Assembly: GCA_964247135.1 (NCBI GenBank)
Contig: CAXTTL010000007.1
Location: 1-57,174, forward strand
Reading direction: 5' to 3'
Length of the DNA: 57,174 nt
Origin: an uncultured Deinococcales bacterium
GTDB lineage: Bacteria > Deinococcota > Deinococci > Deinococcales > JAAFIG01
This document shows positions 29,111-39,292 of this stretch, in pieces. The notes under the pieces were generated by a model that saw only the letters and a list, made by a program, of their open reading frames with translations, searched no databases and was not told the origin of the DNA. The translations under genes and the position numbers were made by a program. Numbering within the stretch: the first letter of the stretch is position 1; every line of letters begins with the position of its first letter.

Positions 29111-30175
29111 TTGAATCGAATTCTTGCACCACTGATCACCATCCTGCTGGTTTTGGGCGTTGGCTACCTTGTGTTTAGCTCGGCGAGCAAGCAATTTTCT
29201 GGTCCCGTGAAAATCAGGGGCGCGATTGGCTCAGAAAAAGAGTCTTTTTTTGCCGACCCCGAATTGCAACAAGAACTCAAATCCAAGGGTTTCAGCGTCG
29301 AGGTTGTGAAGGCTGGCTCGAGGAGCATTGCGACCACCTTTGACCTGACCGGTTTTGATTTTGCCTTCCCTGGCGGTTCGGCGGCGGCGCAAAAACTGAA
29401 AAAAGACCGCAAGGTTGCCAACACCTTCGACGTGTTTTACAGCCCAATGGTGATCGCCACCTGGAAACCGATCAGCAAAATTTTAATTGACAACGGCGTG
29501 GCGAGCAACAAGGGCAAGTACGACGAACTCAAACTCTCGGGGTTTCTCGAGTTGTTCAAAAACCAAAAACGCTGGTCGGATTTAAAGAACAACAGCGAAT
29601 ACGATGTTTCCAAACCCGTGCTGATCAACACCACCGACGTCCGCTCGAGCAACAGCGCCGCGCAGTATTTGGCATTGGTCAGTTACATTTTAAACAAAGG
29701 CAACGTCGTCTCGAGCGCGGCTGAGGCGAGTCAGATCATCCCAGAGACGGCATCGCTGTTTGCCAAGCAGGGTTTTCAGGAATCCTCGAGCGCCGGACCG
29801 TTTGAGGATTATTTGTTGATCGGGATGGGAAAATCGCCGTTGGTGTTTATTTACGAATCACAGTACCTCGAGAAGGCGGTGCAAAAAACCTTGCGCCCCG
29901 AAATGCGTTTGATGTATCCAAACCCCACGATTTTCACCAAGCATATTCTGGTGCCGCTGACCGAAAACGGGCGCAAATTTGGCGAGTTAATTGCAACGGA
30001 CCCGAACATTCAACGGATCGCGGCAAAGCACGGTTACCGCTCGAACGACCCAGCGGCATTCGCCAGCGTGGTCTCGCAGTACAGCCTGCCGATCAAGGAC
30101 AACATCGTCAACGTGGTGGATTCGCCCAGTTTTGAGATGCTCGAGAACATGATTCAAAGCATTGAAAAGCGTTAA
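29111..30175 (+). CDS. Membrane-anchored solute-binding-protein-like protein (TelA/vWA operon)
   Basis: TTG start, N-terminal TM; GSEKESFF, FYSPMVIATW, SSNSA, IYESQY, MYPNPT resemble PBP-II-fold proteins. Confidence 0.65.
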   Translation: MNRILAPLITILLVLGVGYLVFSSASKQFSGPVKIRGAIGSEKESFFADPELQQELKSKGFSVEVVKAGSRSIATTFDLTGFDFAFPGGSAAAQKLKKDRKVANTFDVFYSPMVIATWKPISKILIDNGVASNKGKYDELKLSGFLELFKNQKRWSDLKNNSEYDVSKPVLINTTDVRSSNSAAQYLALVSYILNKGNVVSSAAEASQIIPETASLFAKQGFQESSSAGPFEDYLLIGMGKSPLVFIYESQYLEKAVQKTLRPEMRLMYPNPTIFTKHILVPLTENGRKFGELIATDPNIQRIAAKHGYRSNDPAAFASVVSQYSLPIKDNIVNVVDSPSFEMLENMIQSIEKR

Positions 30176-30201
30176 CGCCAGAAATCCCAGGAGGAACGTT
30201 T

Positions 30202-31395
30202 ATGGAACTGACCGCACCCGAAACCCTGACCGCGCCCGAAGTCGTTCAACCCGTCGCCACCAGCGCCGCCGATGGCATGGTCAAACTCAAACCCGATCAA
30301 CTCGAGGAACTGAATGACCGCGCCGATGATTTTGTCAAAGACGTGCTGAGCCTCGATGTTCATTCCGAGGATTTTAAAAAGCGCAGCAACGCCGTCAACG
30401 ATTTGGGCAACGCCGAGGCTCGCCAAGCCGCCAGCGTCTCGAACCGCATGATGGAACGCCCGATGGCAGCCAGCAAGGGTTTGCAGGACAGCAATTCGCC
30501 GATCTCGAGGTCGCTGACCGAATTGCGGCGCACCGTCGAAGACCTTGACCCCAGCAAGCAGGGCGACATGTTCGCACCGAAAAAACTCTTTGGTTTGATT
30601 CCCTTCGGCGACAAGCTGCGCGATTATTTCATGCGTTACGAGAGCGCCCAGACCAACCTCAACAAGATTCTTGAGAGTCTCTACCGTGGGCAGGACGAAC
30701 TGCGTAAAGACAACGCCTCGATTGAACAAGAGAAAGTCAACTTGTGGGGCGCGATGCAGGCGTTGCAAGGTTATGTTTATATTGGCAAGCAAATTGACGG
30801 CAAGCTCGAGACGCAACTGAATGCCCTGAAAACCTCAGACCCCGAAAAAGCCAGGGTGGTGCAGGACGAGATTTTGTTTTACACGCGGCAAAAAGTTCAG
30901 GATTTGCTGGTGCAGTTGGCGGTCAGCATTCAGGGTTATCTGGCGCTCGATTTGGTGCGCAAGAACAACATCGAACTGATTAAGGGTGTGGATCGCGCCT
31001 CGACCACCACGGTCACGGCACTCAGGACGGCGGTCATGGTGGCGCAGGCGCTGGCGAACCAAAAATTGGTGCTCGACCAGATCAATGCGCTGAACGCCAC
31101 GACCAGCGGTCTGATCGAATCGACCTCGAAAATGCTGCTCGGGCAATCGGATGCCATCGCCAAGCAGTCGGTCAACACCACCATCGGCATCGACAGCTTA
31201 AAAGCCGCGTTTGAAAACATTTACACCGCGATGGACAACATGAGCAATTATAAGGCGGCGGCACTGACGAGTATGCAGCAAACCGTCACGGTCTTATCGC
31301 AGGAGGTGGACAAGTCCAAGCAATACCTGGATCGCGCCCAAGCCCAAACCGTGCAAGAAACCGTCAAAACCGCCGAGCAAGGATTCAAAATCTAA
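30202..31395 (+). CDS. Toxic anion resistance protein, TelA/KlaA/YaaN family
   Basis: Long helical coiled coil; KLFGLIPFG, YFMRYESAQ, ELRKDN, VRKNNIELIKGVDRA; AGGAGG RBS. Confidence 0.85.
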   Translation: MELTAPETLTAPEVVQPVATSAADGMVKLKPDQLEELNDRADDFVKDVLSLDVHSEDFKKRSNAVNDLGNAEARQAASVSNRMMERPMAASKGLQDSNSPISRSLTELRRTVEDLDPSKQGDMFAPKKLFGLIPFGDKLRDYFMRYESAQTNLNKILESLYRGQDELRKDNASIEQEKVNLWGAMQALQGYVYIGKQIDGKLETQLNALKTSDPEKARVVQDEILFYTRQKVQDLLVQLAVSIQGYLALDLVRKNNIELIKGVDRASTTTVTALRTAVMVAQALANQKLVLDQINALNATTSGLIESTSKMLLGQSDAIAKQSVNTTIGIDSLKAAFENIYTAMDNMSNYKAAALTSMQQTVTVLSQEVDKSKQYLDRAQAQTVQETVKTAEQGFKI

Positions 31396-32885
31396 TGCGA
31401 TTCGCTCGAGCCTGGCTGCTGTTCTTGGCGGTTTTGATGGTCGGCTGCAACAGTGAGCCTCAAAGCCTGAGTTTGATCGCGGGTTCGGAAATCAAAGACC
31501 TCGAGCCGATTTTTGCCGACATGCAAAAAGACATCGGCGTGGAACTCAAGATCACGTACTCTGGCACCTTGGATGGTGTGGAGCGCATTCGAGGCGGTGA
31601 GGCGTTTGATGCCGCCTGGTTCTCCCACGCCAAATATTTAAACCTGGTGGCTCGAGCGAAAATCCAAAGCTCGGAGCGCATCATGCTCTCGCCCGTGGTG
31701 CTGGGCGTGAAACGCAGTGTGATGACCAGGCTTGGCTGGCGCGGCAAAACCATTACCTGGGCTGACATTGCCACGGCAGCCTCGAGCGGGCAACTGCACT
31801 ACGCCATGACCAACCCGACCGCCTCGAACAGCGGTTTTACCGCCCTGATGGGGGTTCACGCGGCATTGGGCGGCAACAGTGCCAGCCTGAAGGGTTTTTT
31901 TGCTGGGCAACGCCTGACTGCCGGCTCGAGCGGCTGGCTTGCCGACGCCTACGTGCGCGAGCAGGACAGTTTGGACGGCATGATTAACTACGAAAGTGTG
32001 CTGCTCAGTTTGGGCAATAAACTGCACGAACCGCTCGAACTGCTCTATCCCAAAGAGGGCATCGTCACCGCCGATTATCCGCTGGTGCTGCTCGAGAATA
32101 CCAAGCGCGAAACTTATCAGAAGGTTGTGGATTACTTGCGCTCGGACAAAATACAGCAACGCATCATGACCAGCACCCTGCGGCGTCCCGCCACCAGCAA
32201 CGTGCCACTCTCGAGCGCCTTTCCCAAAGCCTTGTTGATCGAACTGCCGTTCCCCGCCAGCGAGACCGAGGTCAACAACATTCTGGCAAAATTCTTGTCC
32301 GACCAGCGCCGTCCGGCGCACAGCGTTTTTGTGCTCGACACCTCGGGCAGCATGGATGGCGCGAGAATCGAAGCCCTGAAAAATTCGATTAAGAACTTAG
32401 CGGGCACCGACACCAGCCTGACGGGGCGCTTTGCCCGCTTTCAAACCCGTGAACGCGTCACAATCATCACCTTCAACGACATCGTCAGTGCGCCCGAAAC
32501 CATCACGATTCAAAACGATGCCAACCGTCAAACCGTTCAAGCCAAAGCCGAGGGTCTAAAACTTGGCGACGGCACCGCGATTTACAACGCCCTCGAGACG
32601 GCTTACGATTATGTGGCTAAAACCTTGCCGCTCGAGCCAGACCGTGCCTTCAGCGTGGTCTTGATGACCGACGGCGAGAACAACGCGGGCGATAACTACG
32701 ACGGCTTTGCGGCAAAATTTCAAGCCCTGCCAGCCAGCACCCGAGCCATCAAGTTATTCCCGATCTTGTTTGGCGAGGGCAACGTATCTGAGATGAACAA
32801 CCTTGCCACGCTGACTGGCGGACGGGTCTTTGACGGCACCAAGTCGCTCGAGGGGGCGTTCAAAGAAATCAGGGGTTATCAATAG
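31395..32885 (+). CDS. Lipoprotein: solute-binding domain fused to von Willebrand A domain
   Basis: Lipobox MVGC; SPVVLG, MTNPTASNSG, ADYPL; MIDAS DTSGS, GTAIYNAL, VLMTDGEN. Confidence 0.85.
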   Translation: MRFARAWLLFLAVLMVGCNSEPQSLSLIAGSEIKDLEPIFADMQKDIGVELKITYSGTLDGVERIRGGEAFDAAWFSHAKYLNLVARAKIQSSERIMLSPVVLGVKRSVMTRLGWRGKTITWADIATAASSGQLHYAMTNPTASNSGFTALMGVHAALGGNSASLKGFFAGQRLTAGSSGWLADAYVREQDSLDGMINYESVLLSLGNKLHEPLELLYPKEGIVTADYPLVLLENTKRETYQKVVDYLRSDKIQQRIMTSTLRRPATSNVPLSSAFPKALLIELPFPASETEVNNILAKFLSDQRRPAHSVFVLDTSGSMDGARIEALKNSIKNLAGTDTSLTGRFARFQTRERVTIITFNDIVSAPETITIQNDANRQTVQAKAEGLKLGDGTAIYNALETAYDYVAKTLPLEPDRAFSVVLMTDGENNAGDNYDGFAAKFQALPASTRAIKLFPILFGEGNVSEMNNLATLTGGRVFDGTKSLEGAFKEIRGYQ

Positions 32886-33496
32886 TGCGCGGATTTTGGT
32901 TGTATATTTACTCGGCAAGAAATTTGTACGGCAGCCTGTTCGCCTTGGCGGGCTTGGCGCTGTATTTTGCGGGGATCATCAACGATTACTGGTATTTGAT
33001 TGTTCCAGGGTTGTACCTGATCGGGGCGATCATCAACCCGCCAGGGCGTTCCGACCTCGACCTCAAGCACGACCTTGCCGATGGCGACATTAAAAACGAA
33101 CTCGAGCGGGTGATCGCCAAAGCCGGAAGGCGAATCCCAAGCGAAGCCACCGAGATTTGCAACCGCATCAAAACCGCGGTGGTCGAAATGCTGCCGCGCC
33201 TGCGCAACCAGCAGGGCACACAGGACGCCTTCTCGATCAAGCAGGCGGCACTCGATTACCTGCCACACACCCTCGAGAATTATTTGGCGCTGCCGCCAGC
33301 GTATGCCAACCTGCACCCACTGCAAAACGGCAAGACCGCCAAACAGATTTTGCTCGAGCAATTAACCTTGCTCGAGCAGAGTGTGCAAGAAGCCAGCAAC
33401 AATATTTTGCAGGGTGACGCGCAAAAAGTGCTGGTCAACAGCCGATTTTTGCAAGACAAATTTGGCAAACCCGAAGATTTTTTGCACCCAAATTAG
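32885..33496 (+). CDS. Membrane protein, XpaC (5-bromo-4-chloroindolyl phosphate hydrolysis)-like
   Basis: GTG start; two N-terminal TMs then helical domain with DYLPHTLENYLALP; in a TelA operon. Confidence 0.6.
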   Translation: MRGFWLYIYSARNLYGSLFALAGLALYFAGIINDYWYLIVPGLYLIGAIINPPGRSDLDLKHDLADGDIKNELERVIAKAGRRIPSEATEICNRIKTAVVEMLPRLRNQQGTQDAFSIKQAALDYLPHTLENYLALPPAYANLHPLQNGKTAKQILLEQLTLLEQSVQEASNNILQGDAQKVLVNSRFLQDKFGKPEDFLHPN

Positions 33497-33532
33497 GTTT
33501 GGTTCGGGCATTTTTTTTGAGACGGTGAACAC

Positions 33533-34066
33533 ATGCGTAAATTGATCGTGACCGAGTTCTTGACCCTCGACGGCGTGTACGAAGAAGCCACCCCGTGGCG
33601 CACGGATTACAACCCTGATGACGGTCAGTTCAAATATGACGAACTTTTTGAGAGCGACGCCCTCTTGCTGGGTCGCGTGACCGCCGAGGGCTTCGCCAAA
33701 TATTGGTCAACGGCGACGGGGGCATTCGCCGAACGGATGAACAGCCTGCCGAAGTACGTTGCCACGACCACCCTGGGGTCCCTCGAGTGGAACAACGCCA
33801 GCGTTCTCGAGGGAAATGTGGTCGTAGCGGTGGAGGCACTGAAGCGGCGAGAGGGCGGGAACATCCTCACCTACGGCAGCGGCACGCTCGTTCAGACGCT
33901 CTTGCGGCACGGTCTGGTGGATGAACTTCGCCTGATGGTCTTCCCGCTCGTCCTCGGCAGCGGCAAGCGCTTGTTCTCGGGCGAGGATAGGCTGGCGCTA
34001 AAACTGAGTGCCTCGAGGGACCTCGGTGCGGGCGTGATGCTCCTGACCTACGAGCCTGCGACTTGA
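33533..34066 (+). CDS. Dihydrofolate reductase family (RibD C-terminal) protein
   Basis: MRKLIV..TLDG, LLLGRVT, PKYV, GSGTL, LVDELRL, LGSGKRLF. Confidence 0.9.
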   Translation: MRKLIVTEFLTLDGVYEEATPWRTDYNPDDGQFKYDELFESDALLLGRVTAEGFAKYWSTATGAFAERMNSLPKYVATTTLGSLEWNNASVLEGNVVVAVEALKRREGGNILTYGSGTLVQTLLRHGLVDELRLMVFPLVLGSGKRLFSGEDRLALKLSASRDLGAGVMLLTYEPAT

Positions 34067-34136
34067 ACCTCACGCTAGCCTTTACCAGACTCGAGATGAT
34101 CGTCTCCAGCAGTCCTTGATCACAGCTCGAGATTGC

Positions 34137-34742
34137 TTAAAAAACTTGCGCGGTGCCGTAATAGGCGCTCTGCCCAAAGTTTCGCACCGCGCCGTAAAAC
34201 ACCAGCGCGTCGGCTTTGCAAGCCACTTTCAGCGGTGCCTGATACCAGTGATTCCAGTAGCGGTCACACTTGAGGTACATGTTCGAGAGAAAACGGCTGT
34301 CGATGCTTTTGCGCACCGTCTCATTGCGTCCCGCCGCGTACTTGGGGACGTTGCGGTAGCCAAAGTCGTGTTGACGGCAGGCGTTACTGTCAAAAATCAC
34401 GGGTGGCGTCGGACCCGAGCAACCGTCGTCGCTCCAGTCTGGACCAGAGGTTTGAAAGTAATAATTCGAGAGGTAAGTCTCGTAAGTAATACCCGTGGCG
34501 ACGTAGAGCGTGTCGTCGTAGTTCGGGTAGCGGATGGCGGTGCGCGGTGAAATTTTGTTTGTGAATGCCTCGAGGTTGGCTTGGTTTTCTGCACCCAGTG
34601 CCTCGATTTGCGCCTCTGACAAGGCATGAATCTGTGCCGCGTCGAGGTTTGGCACATCCTCGAGCCTTACCGTGGTTGGTGCTGGGGTGGTTGCACAACT
34701 TGCCAGCAGAGCCAGTAATATCACCGCCAAGATTTTTTTCAT
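34137..34742 (-). CDS. Lipoprotein with prokaryotic phospholipase A2 domain
   Basis: Lipobox LASC; DWSDDGCS and ACRQHDFGYRN (His-Asp dyad), YGAVRNFG. Confidence 0.82.
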   Translation of the reverse strand: MKKILAVILLALLASCATTPAPTTVRLEDVPNLDAAQIHALSEAQIEALGAENQANLEAFTNKISPRTAIRYPNYDDTLYVATGITYETYLSNYYFQTSGPDWSDDGCSGPTPPVIFDSNACRQHDFGYRNVPKYAAGRNETVRKSIDSRFLSNMYLKCDRYWNHWYQAPLKVACKADALVFYGAVRNFGQSAYYGTAQVF

Positions 34743-35044
34743 GGCTTCAATCTACATCGTTTAAACCTCGAGCGGGTCAAGATCAGGTCATGGCTTGGGC
34801 GGGTTAAACTGATGGCAGCTCGAGCCGTTTTGAAAGATTTGTGGCGAAGCACCCGCAATTCTTGATGTCAACCTGACACGCCTGTGCAACCCTGATGGTG
34901 TGACAAGTCCTCAGCCACCAACACCCAAACCGATTCCGCCTCCGCCAACGCCAAACAACGTTCCATTTCCACTTCCAGACCGTCAGAAGCCTCCAAAGCC
35001 CAACGTTGTACATCCCATTCGGGCACTTGATTTGGTGGGCAAGC

Positions 35045-36196
35045 ATGAACTCGAGTGAAATTCTCATGCTCGGCAACGAACAACATGTTGCACAAACTCG
35101 GGCGACAAAGCTCAGGTCTGGATTTCTGAGTTCAGATTTTTGGGTCAAACTCTTGACGGCGAGTATGGGTGTCGCGGCTGTTTTCTTGTGGGGTCATTTG
35201 ATATACAAACGCTTGGATGCGATGACCGGTAACCTGCCAAGCGGCAGGTTTTTTCTTGAAACCGCAGCCAATTGTCAGCCTTCAAAATTATTTGCGTTTC
35301 ATTCCCCTGTGATTAAAGCCCGAGATCATATTTCGATAGTTAAATTGTTCAATCCTCAAATAATTACCCAAATCAAACACCTGCAAGCCGCCATTCGGAT
35401 GGGTTTCAATTCGCCGTTGCAAATCAAGGCGGTTCAGCTCGAGTTCAGCCACAAAACCCAGATTTCCTTGGCTTTAATCCGTGGTGGGCGACCCGTCAGT
35501 TTGCTTTCGCGGTACAGAATTGGCGTGCGCGACTTTGTCACCCAATCCGGGGCGCTGGCGGGCATCAACGGCGCGTTTTTTGTCGATGCCTCGCTGTCGG
35601 GAACCAACAACACCCTGATCGGACCCGCCATGACCGAGTCGCAAGGTGGGTTTCAAGCCGAACGAAACCCGAGCATTCTCGGGCGCATTCAAAAACGACC
35701 TTTGGTTTTGTGGAGTACAAAACGCATTGCGATTGTTGAATTTCAATCCAGCCTCATGAACTCGAGCCAGATGCTCAAGCTGATCGTTCCAGGGTTTAAA
35801 AATGTCTTTCTGGGCGGCGCGTGGATTCTCAAACGCGGGCGGGTTTTCACGGATCAAGAATTGCTCGAGCGACCCGCGCCGCAGGATGTCAACGACGTTC
35901 GACCACGGGTGTTTTTTGGTCTGACCGCGCACGGCGAGCTGGTGCTTGGCGCGTCACTGAACCCCACAAGCTCGAGTGACCTGGCACGGGCGGCGCTGGC
36001 GGCTGGTGTGCGTGAGGCGGTGCTGCTCGATTCTGGGTATTCGACATCGCTGGTGTTTCAAGACAAGATCATTGCCGTCGGTCGGCACAATGCAACCGTT
36101 CCTTCAAGACCCGTCCCTCATGCGATTGTGGTGATGGATGATTTTAAGAACACAGCCAGATCAATTGTAAAATCCAAAGCACCCCAAACGTACTGA
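35045..36196 (+). CDS. Phosphodiester glycosidase (NAGPA)-like protein, N-terminally membrane-anchored
   Basis: AGINGAFF, RPRVFFG, AVLLDSGYSTSL, RPVPHAIVV; start uncertain. Confidence 0.6.
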   Translation: MNSSEILMLGNEQHVAQTRATKLRSGFLSSDFWVKLLTASMGVAAVFLWGHLIYKRLDAMTGNLPSGRFFLETAANCQPSKLFAFHSPVIKARDHISIVKLFNPQIITQIKHLQAAIRMGFNSPLQIKAVQLEFSHKTQISLALIRGGRPVSLLSRYRIGVRDFVTQSGALAGINGAFFVDASLSGTNNTLIGPAMTESQGGFQAERNPSILGRIQKRPLVLWSTKRIAIVEFQSSLMNSSQMLKLIVPGFKNVFLGGAWILKRGRVFTDQELLERPAPQDVNDVRPRVFFGLTAHGELVLGASLNPTSSSDLARAALAAGVREAVLLDSGYSTSLVFQDKIIAVGRHNATVPSRPVPHAIVVMDDFKNTARSIVKSKAPQTY

Positions 36197-36263
36197 GGCT
36201 GTTTGCAAACTAAACCGACACCTTGCCGGTGTCCTCGGTTGACGAAACGTTTCGCGTCTGAAA

Positions 36264-36279
36264 TGACAGAATCCTGACA
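36264..36279 (+). promoter_or_regulatory. Pho-box-like direct repeat TGACA-N6-TGACA
   Basis: TGACA at 36264 and 36275, ending 20 bp before the ppk start. Confidence 0.55.
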
Positions 36280-36299
36280 TTTACCCCCGAGACTCGGTC

Positions 36300-38144
36300 A
36301 TGCGAGAAATCACTGCCGAAGCCTCGTGGTTGTCGTTCAACCGTCGGGTGCTGGAACAAACCAAGCGCCCCGATTTTCCTCTTCTCGAGCGACTGCGTTA
36401 CCTTGGGATTTGGGCTTCCAACCAAGACGAATTTTTTGCCGCCAGAATCTCGCGGGCGTTTCTTGAAGACCGTGCGACCCCAGCTTACCAATCCATGCTC
36501 GAGGAGGCTTTTGCTCAAGCCGAAGAGGCGGGACGCTTGTACCTCGAGTTTTTAAGGCAACTCGATGGAATTGGCATCAAAGTGCTCGAGCCTGCCCAAC
36601 TGACCCGTCCCGAAAAGCAGTTTTTTGGCGCGTATCTTGCCGAAGAGGTTGTGCCGCTAACCGATTTGATTCGGGCTGAAGAAATCACCGAACTGAAAAC
36701 GGGCGCGTTGTACTTTGCGGCGGGCGAGGGCGAACTCCAGTCCATCGTGCGTCTGCCCGAAAGCATTCCTCGGGTGCTTTCGATCCCAGGACGACCCAAC
36801 GCCTACGTGCGCTTGGGGGCGTTGGTACGAATGCGCAGCGATCTGTTCCTGCCCGAAGCCAGCCGTCTGTTCGAGTTTCGTCTGGTGCGCCTCGCCCAAC
36901 TTGCGAGGTCTCGAGCCGACTGGGATGAGCTTCCAGAAGCTCTCGAATCCAGGCTTGACGGTACGGTCAGCCACCTGGAACTCGAGGAGGGTTTCCCGAA
37001 GACTTGGGCTGAGACCATGCGCAACGCGCTCGAGTTGCAACCGCACGAGGTCTTTGAACTGACCCCGCCGCTGGTGCTGAGTTTTGTCAGCACCTTGGTG
37101 AACGATGCCCCACCGATCACCAAATTTGCGCCCACCAAAATGATCAAACCCAAAGGATTTGCCGCCGACCCTTGGGCGTTCCTCGAGAAACGCGATTTGG
37201 TGCAGTACCATCCTTTCGACGATTACGATACGGTCGAATCGTTTGCGCTCTCGAGTGCCCTTGATCCCAAAGTCCAAACCATGCGTGCCACCCTGTACCG
37301 CATCGGGCGGGTCAATGGCATTGCCGAAGCCTTGATTGAGGCGGCAAAGGCGGGCAAGGATGTGGCGGTGCTGCTCGAGGGACGCGCCAGATTTGATGAA
37401 CTTTCAAACCTCGAGTGGAGCTTGCGTTTTCAAGCGGTGGGTGTGCGGGTTTTGCCATTGCCAGCCCGCAAGGTTCATGCCAAAGCCTTTTTTGTGCGCC
37501 GAGGACATCAAGAATTTGTGCATTTGGGAACTGGAAATTACAACCCAACCAATGGCAAACTCTACACCGATGTATCCTTGTTCACGTCCAATCCTCAAAT
37601 CACCGGCGATGTTCGAGCGTTCTTTAAAGCCTTCGAGCAAGAAACTGTTCCAGAACTAAAACTGCTGAAAACCGCCGCACCAATTCGTGATTTGCTGGTC
37701 GAATCGATTCTTGGGGAAGCTCACAAAAAAGGGCACATCATTTTAAAATTCAATCACATCACCGACCGTGCCATTTTGGAAGCGCTCGAGAAAGCCAGAA
37801 CGGCGGGGGCGAAAATTCAATTGATCGTGCGCAGCACCCTGAGCACACTCTGGGATGATGTTAATATCAAAAGCATCGTCGGACGTTACCTTGAACACGC
37901 CCGAGTTGTGGCGTTTAAAAACAAAGGACGTTGGAAAGTCTGGGCTGCTTCCGCCGACGCGATGCCACGCAATTTGGACGGACGCTTTGAACTGATGTTC
38001 CCGATTTTGAACGCCCGAGAAAAAAACAAGGTGCTCGAGATTCTTCATGCCCAAGTGCAAGATGACCAAAACGCTTATGCGCTGACCACCAAAGGGCAAC
38101 GTGCACGCTGGGGTGGAAAGCACAACGGACAACACCTGATTTGA
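36300..38144 (+). CDS. ppk1: Polyphosphate kinase 1
   Basis: SWLSFNRRVL, PLLERL, NQDEFF, HPFD, TLYR, ARFDE, KVHAK, HLGTGNYN, SIVGRYLEH, SADAMPRNL. Confidence 0.93.
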   Translation: MREITAEASWLSFNRRVLEQTKRPDFPLLERLRYLGIWASNQDEFFAARISRAFLEDRATPAYQSMLEEAFAQAEEAGRLYLEFLRQLDGIGIKVLEPAQLTRPEKQFFGAYLAEEVVPLTDLIRAEEITELKTGALYFAAGEGELQSIVRLPESIPRVLSIPGRPNAYVRLGALVRMRSDLFLPEASRLFEFRLVRLAQLARSRADWDELPEALESRLDGTVSHLELEEGFPKTWAETMRNALELQPHEVFELTPPLVLSFVSTLVNDAPPITKFAPTKMIKPKGFAADPWAFLEKRDLVQYHPFDDYDTVESFALSSALDPKVQTMRATLYRIGRVNGIAEALIEAAKAGKDVAVLLEGRARFDELSNLEWSLRFQAVGVRVLPLPARKVHAKAFFVRRGHQEFVHLGTGNYNPTNGKLYTDVSLFTSNPQITGDVRAFFKAFEQETVPELKLLKTAAPIRDLLVESILGEAHKKGHIILKFNHITDRAILEALEKARTAGAKIQLIVRSTLSTLWDDVNIKSIVGRYLEHARVVAFKNKGRWKVWAASADAMPRNLDGRFELMFPILNAREKNKVLEILHAQVQDDQNAYALTTKGQRARWGGKHNGQHLI

Positions 38145-38169
38145 TTGACAAGCGACGACGCTTGTCAAT
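38144..38169. terminator. Perfect 11-bp stem-loop after ppk1 (no U-tract; terminator or operator)
   Basis: ATTGACAAGCG-ACGA-CGCTTGTCAAT. Confidence 0.45.
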
Positions 38170-38293
38170 GACCAGCCATGTAGCGAGACTCCAAACATTG
38201 TGCTGACGAATGGATGTCACCCTGGGTGATCGCGTCGCAGATCGACGATGCAGCGCCACAAACCCGTCAACTCTTTTTTCATTGGAGATTTTT

Positions 38294-39292
38294 ATGCCCC
38301 ATGCCATCGTGATCAACGGACTGGACAACGCTTATATTCGCGAGTTGGGTTGCCCATGTGAGCGTTGCCAGCGTCAAACCCGAGCCGCCAACACTTCGGT
38401 TTCGATTCTCGAGACGCTGCCAAATGGCAGGGTAAAACGCCATCTGTTGGTCGATGCGGGCGCGGGTGTCCGCGAGAGTTTGATGTCGCACGCGGTACTC
38501 CGTCCCGATTTTGTGCTCGACGGCGTGCTGTTGACCCACTGGCATGTTGACCACACCTGCGAGTTGCCGCATTTGGCGACCACGCTGGCACGGTCACGCG
38601 CCCGAGACGGCAAAACCCTTGACCCAATTCCGGTTTGGTGCCGTTATGGCAGCAAAGGGTGGTTGGAAAAAAACCTGCTCGAGAAAGCACCGCTAGAATT
38701 GAGGTCTTTTGGGCAGCTCGAGCCGAGTGGAACCTTGCTCGAGCCTGTGGCTGTGGGCTGGGCTGGAATGCGGGTCACGCCCGTCACGATCTCGCACTCT
38801 TCGGCAGACATTTCACCGTTTGGTGGCAGTGAAAATTTCCCGAGTTGCTGCGGTTATCTGCTCGAGTTTTCAAACGGTGTTCGGGTGGCGCTCTTGTGGG
38901 ACATGGATGTCAATAACACCTGGCTCGAGCATCCCAATGCGGCAAACCTTGAGACGATAGAACGCCTGCGCGGAGTCGATCATTTGTTCATCGACTCCAA
39001 CACCTGGCTGTACGATCAAAACAAACTTGGGCGACCCGCCAGCCATCTCTCAACAGCGATTGTGCGCCGTTTTGCTGCCATCCTCGAGCCGAAGCAGACC
39101 TGGCTGATGCACCTCAGCGGACACGAAGACCAGCCTGGAAGTGGCTTCGGTTGGGATGACGCCACCTGGCGGCGCAACGCCAAAGCGGCTTGGATTGAAG
39201 CAGGTTTGAGTGGCGGTGTCGATGTTCCGAGCATTGGGCAGTTGATTGTGCTCGAGCCTGAACTGGCGCCTACAGCCAACGGCGTTTTCTAA
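38294..39292 (+). CDS. MBL-fold metallohydrolase, PhnP/PqqB-like
   Basis: CPCERC zinc motif, LLVDAG, THWHVDH (HxHxDH), SHL, MHLS; GGAG RBS before ATG 38294. Confidence 0.8.
   Translation: MPHAIVINGLDNAYIRELGCPCERCQRQTRAANTSVSILETLPNGRVKRHLLVDAGAGVRESLMSHAVLRPDFVLDGVLLTHWHVDHTCELPHLATTLARSRARDGKTLDPIPVWCRYGSKGWLEKNLLEKAPLELRSFGQLEPSGTLLEPVAVGWAGMRVTPVTISHSSADISPFGGSENFPSCCGYLLEFSNGVRVALLWDMDVNNTWLEHPNAANLETIERLRGVDHLFIDSNTWLYDQNKLGRPASHLSTAIVRRFAAILEPKQTWLMHLSGHEDQPGSGFGWDDATWRRNAKAAWIEAGLSGGVDVPSIGQLIVLEPELAPTANGVF

Noticed and set aside
30202-33496. Reading the TelA/vWA operon as an anti-phage defence system
   Set aside because: No nuclease, NTPase, kinase or other effector domain, and no defence-island context
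36195-36213. GAGGCTGTTTGCAAAC resembling an IS/MITE end
   Set aside because: No partner inverted repeat or target duplication found; the match is too short
38170-38293. Possible riboswitch or ncRNA before the MBL hydrolase (and in 4100-4360)
   Set aside because: Only short hairpins; I recognised no conserved riboswitch motif. An Rfam/Infernal scan would be needed
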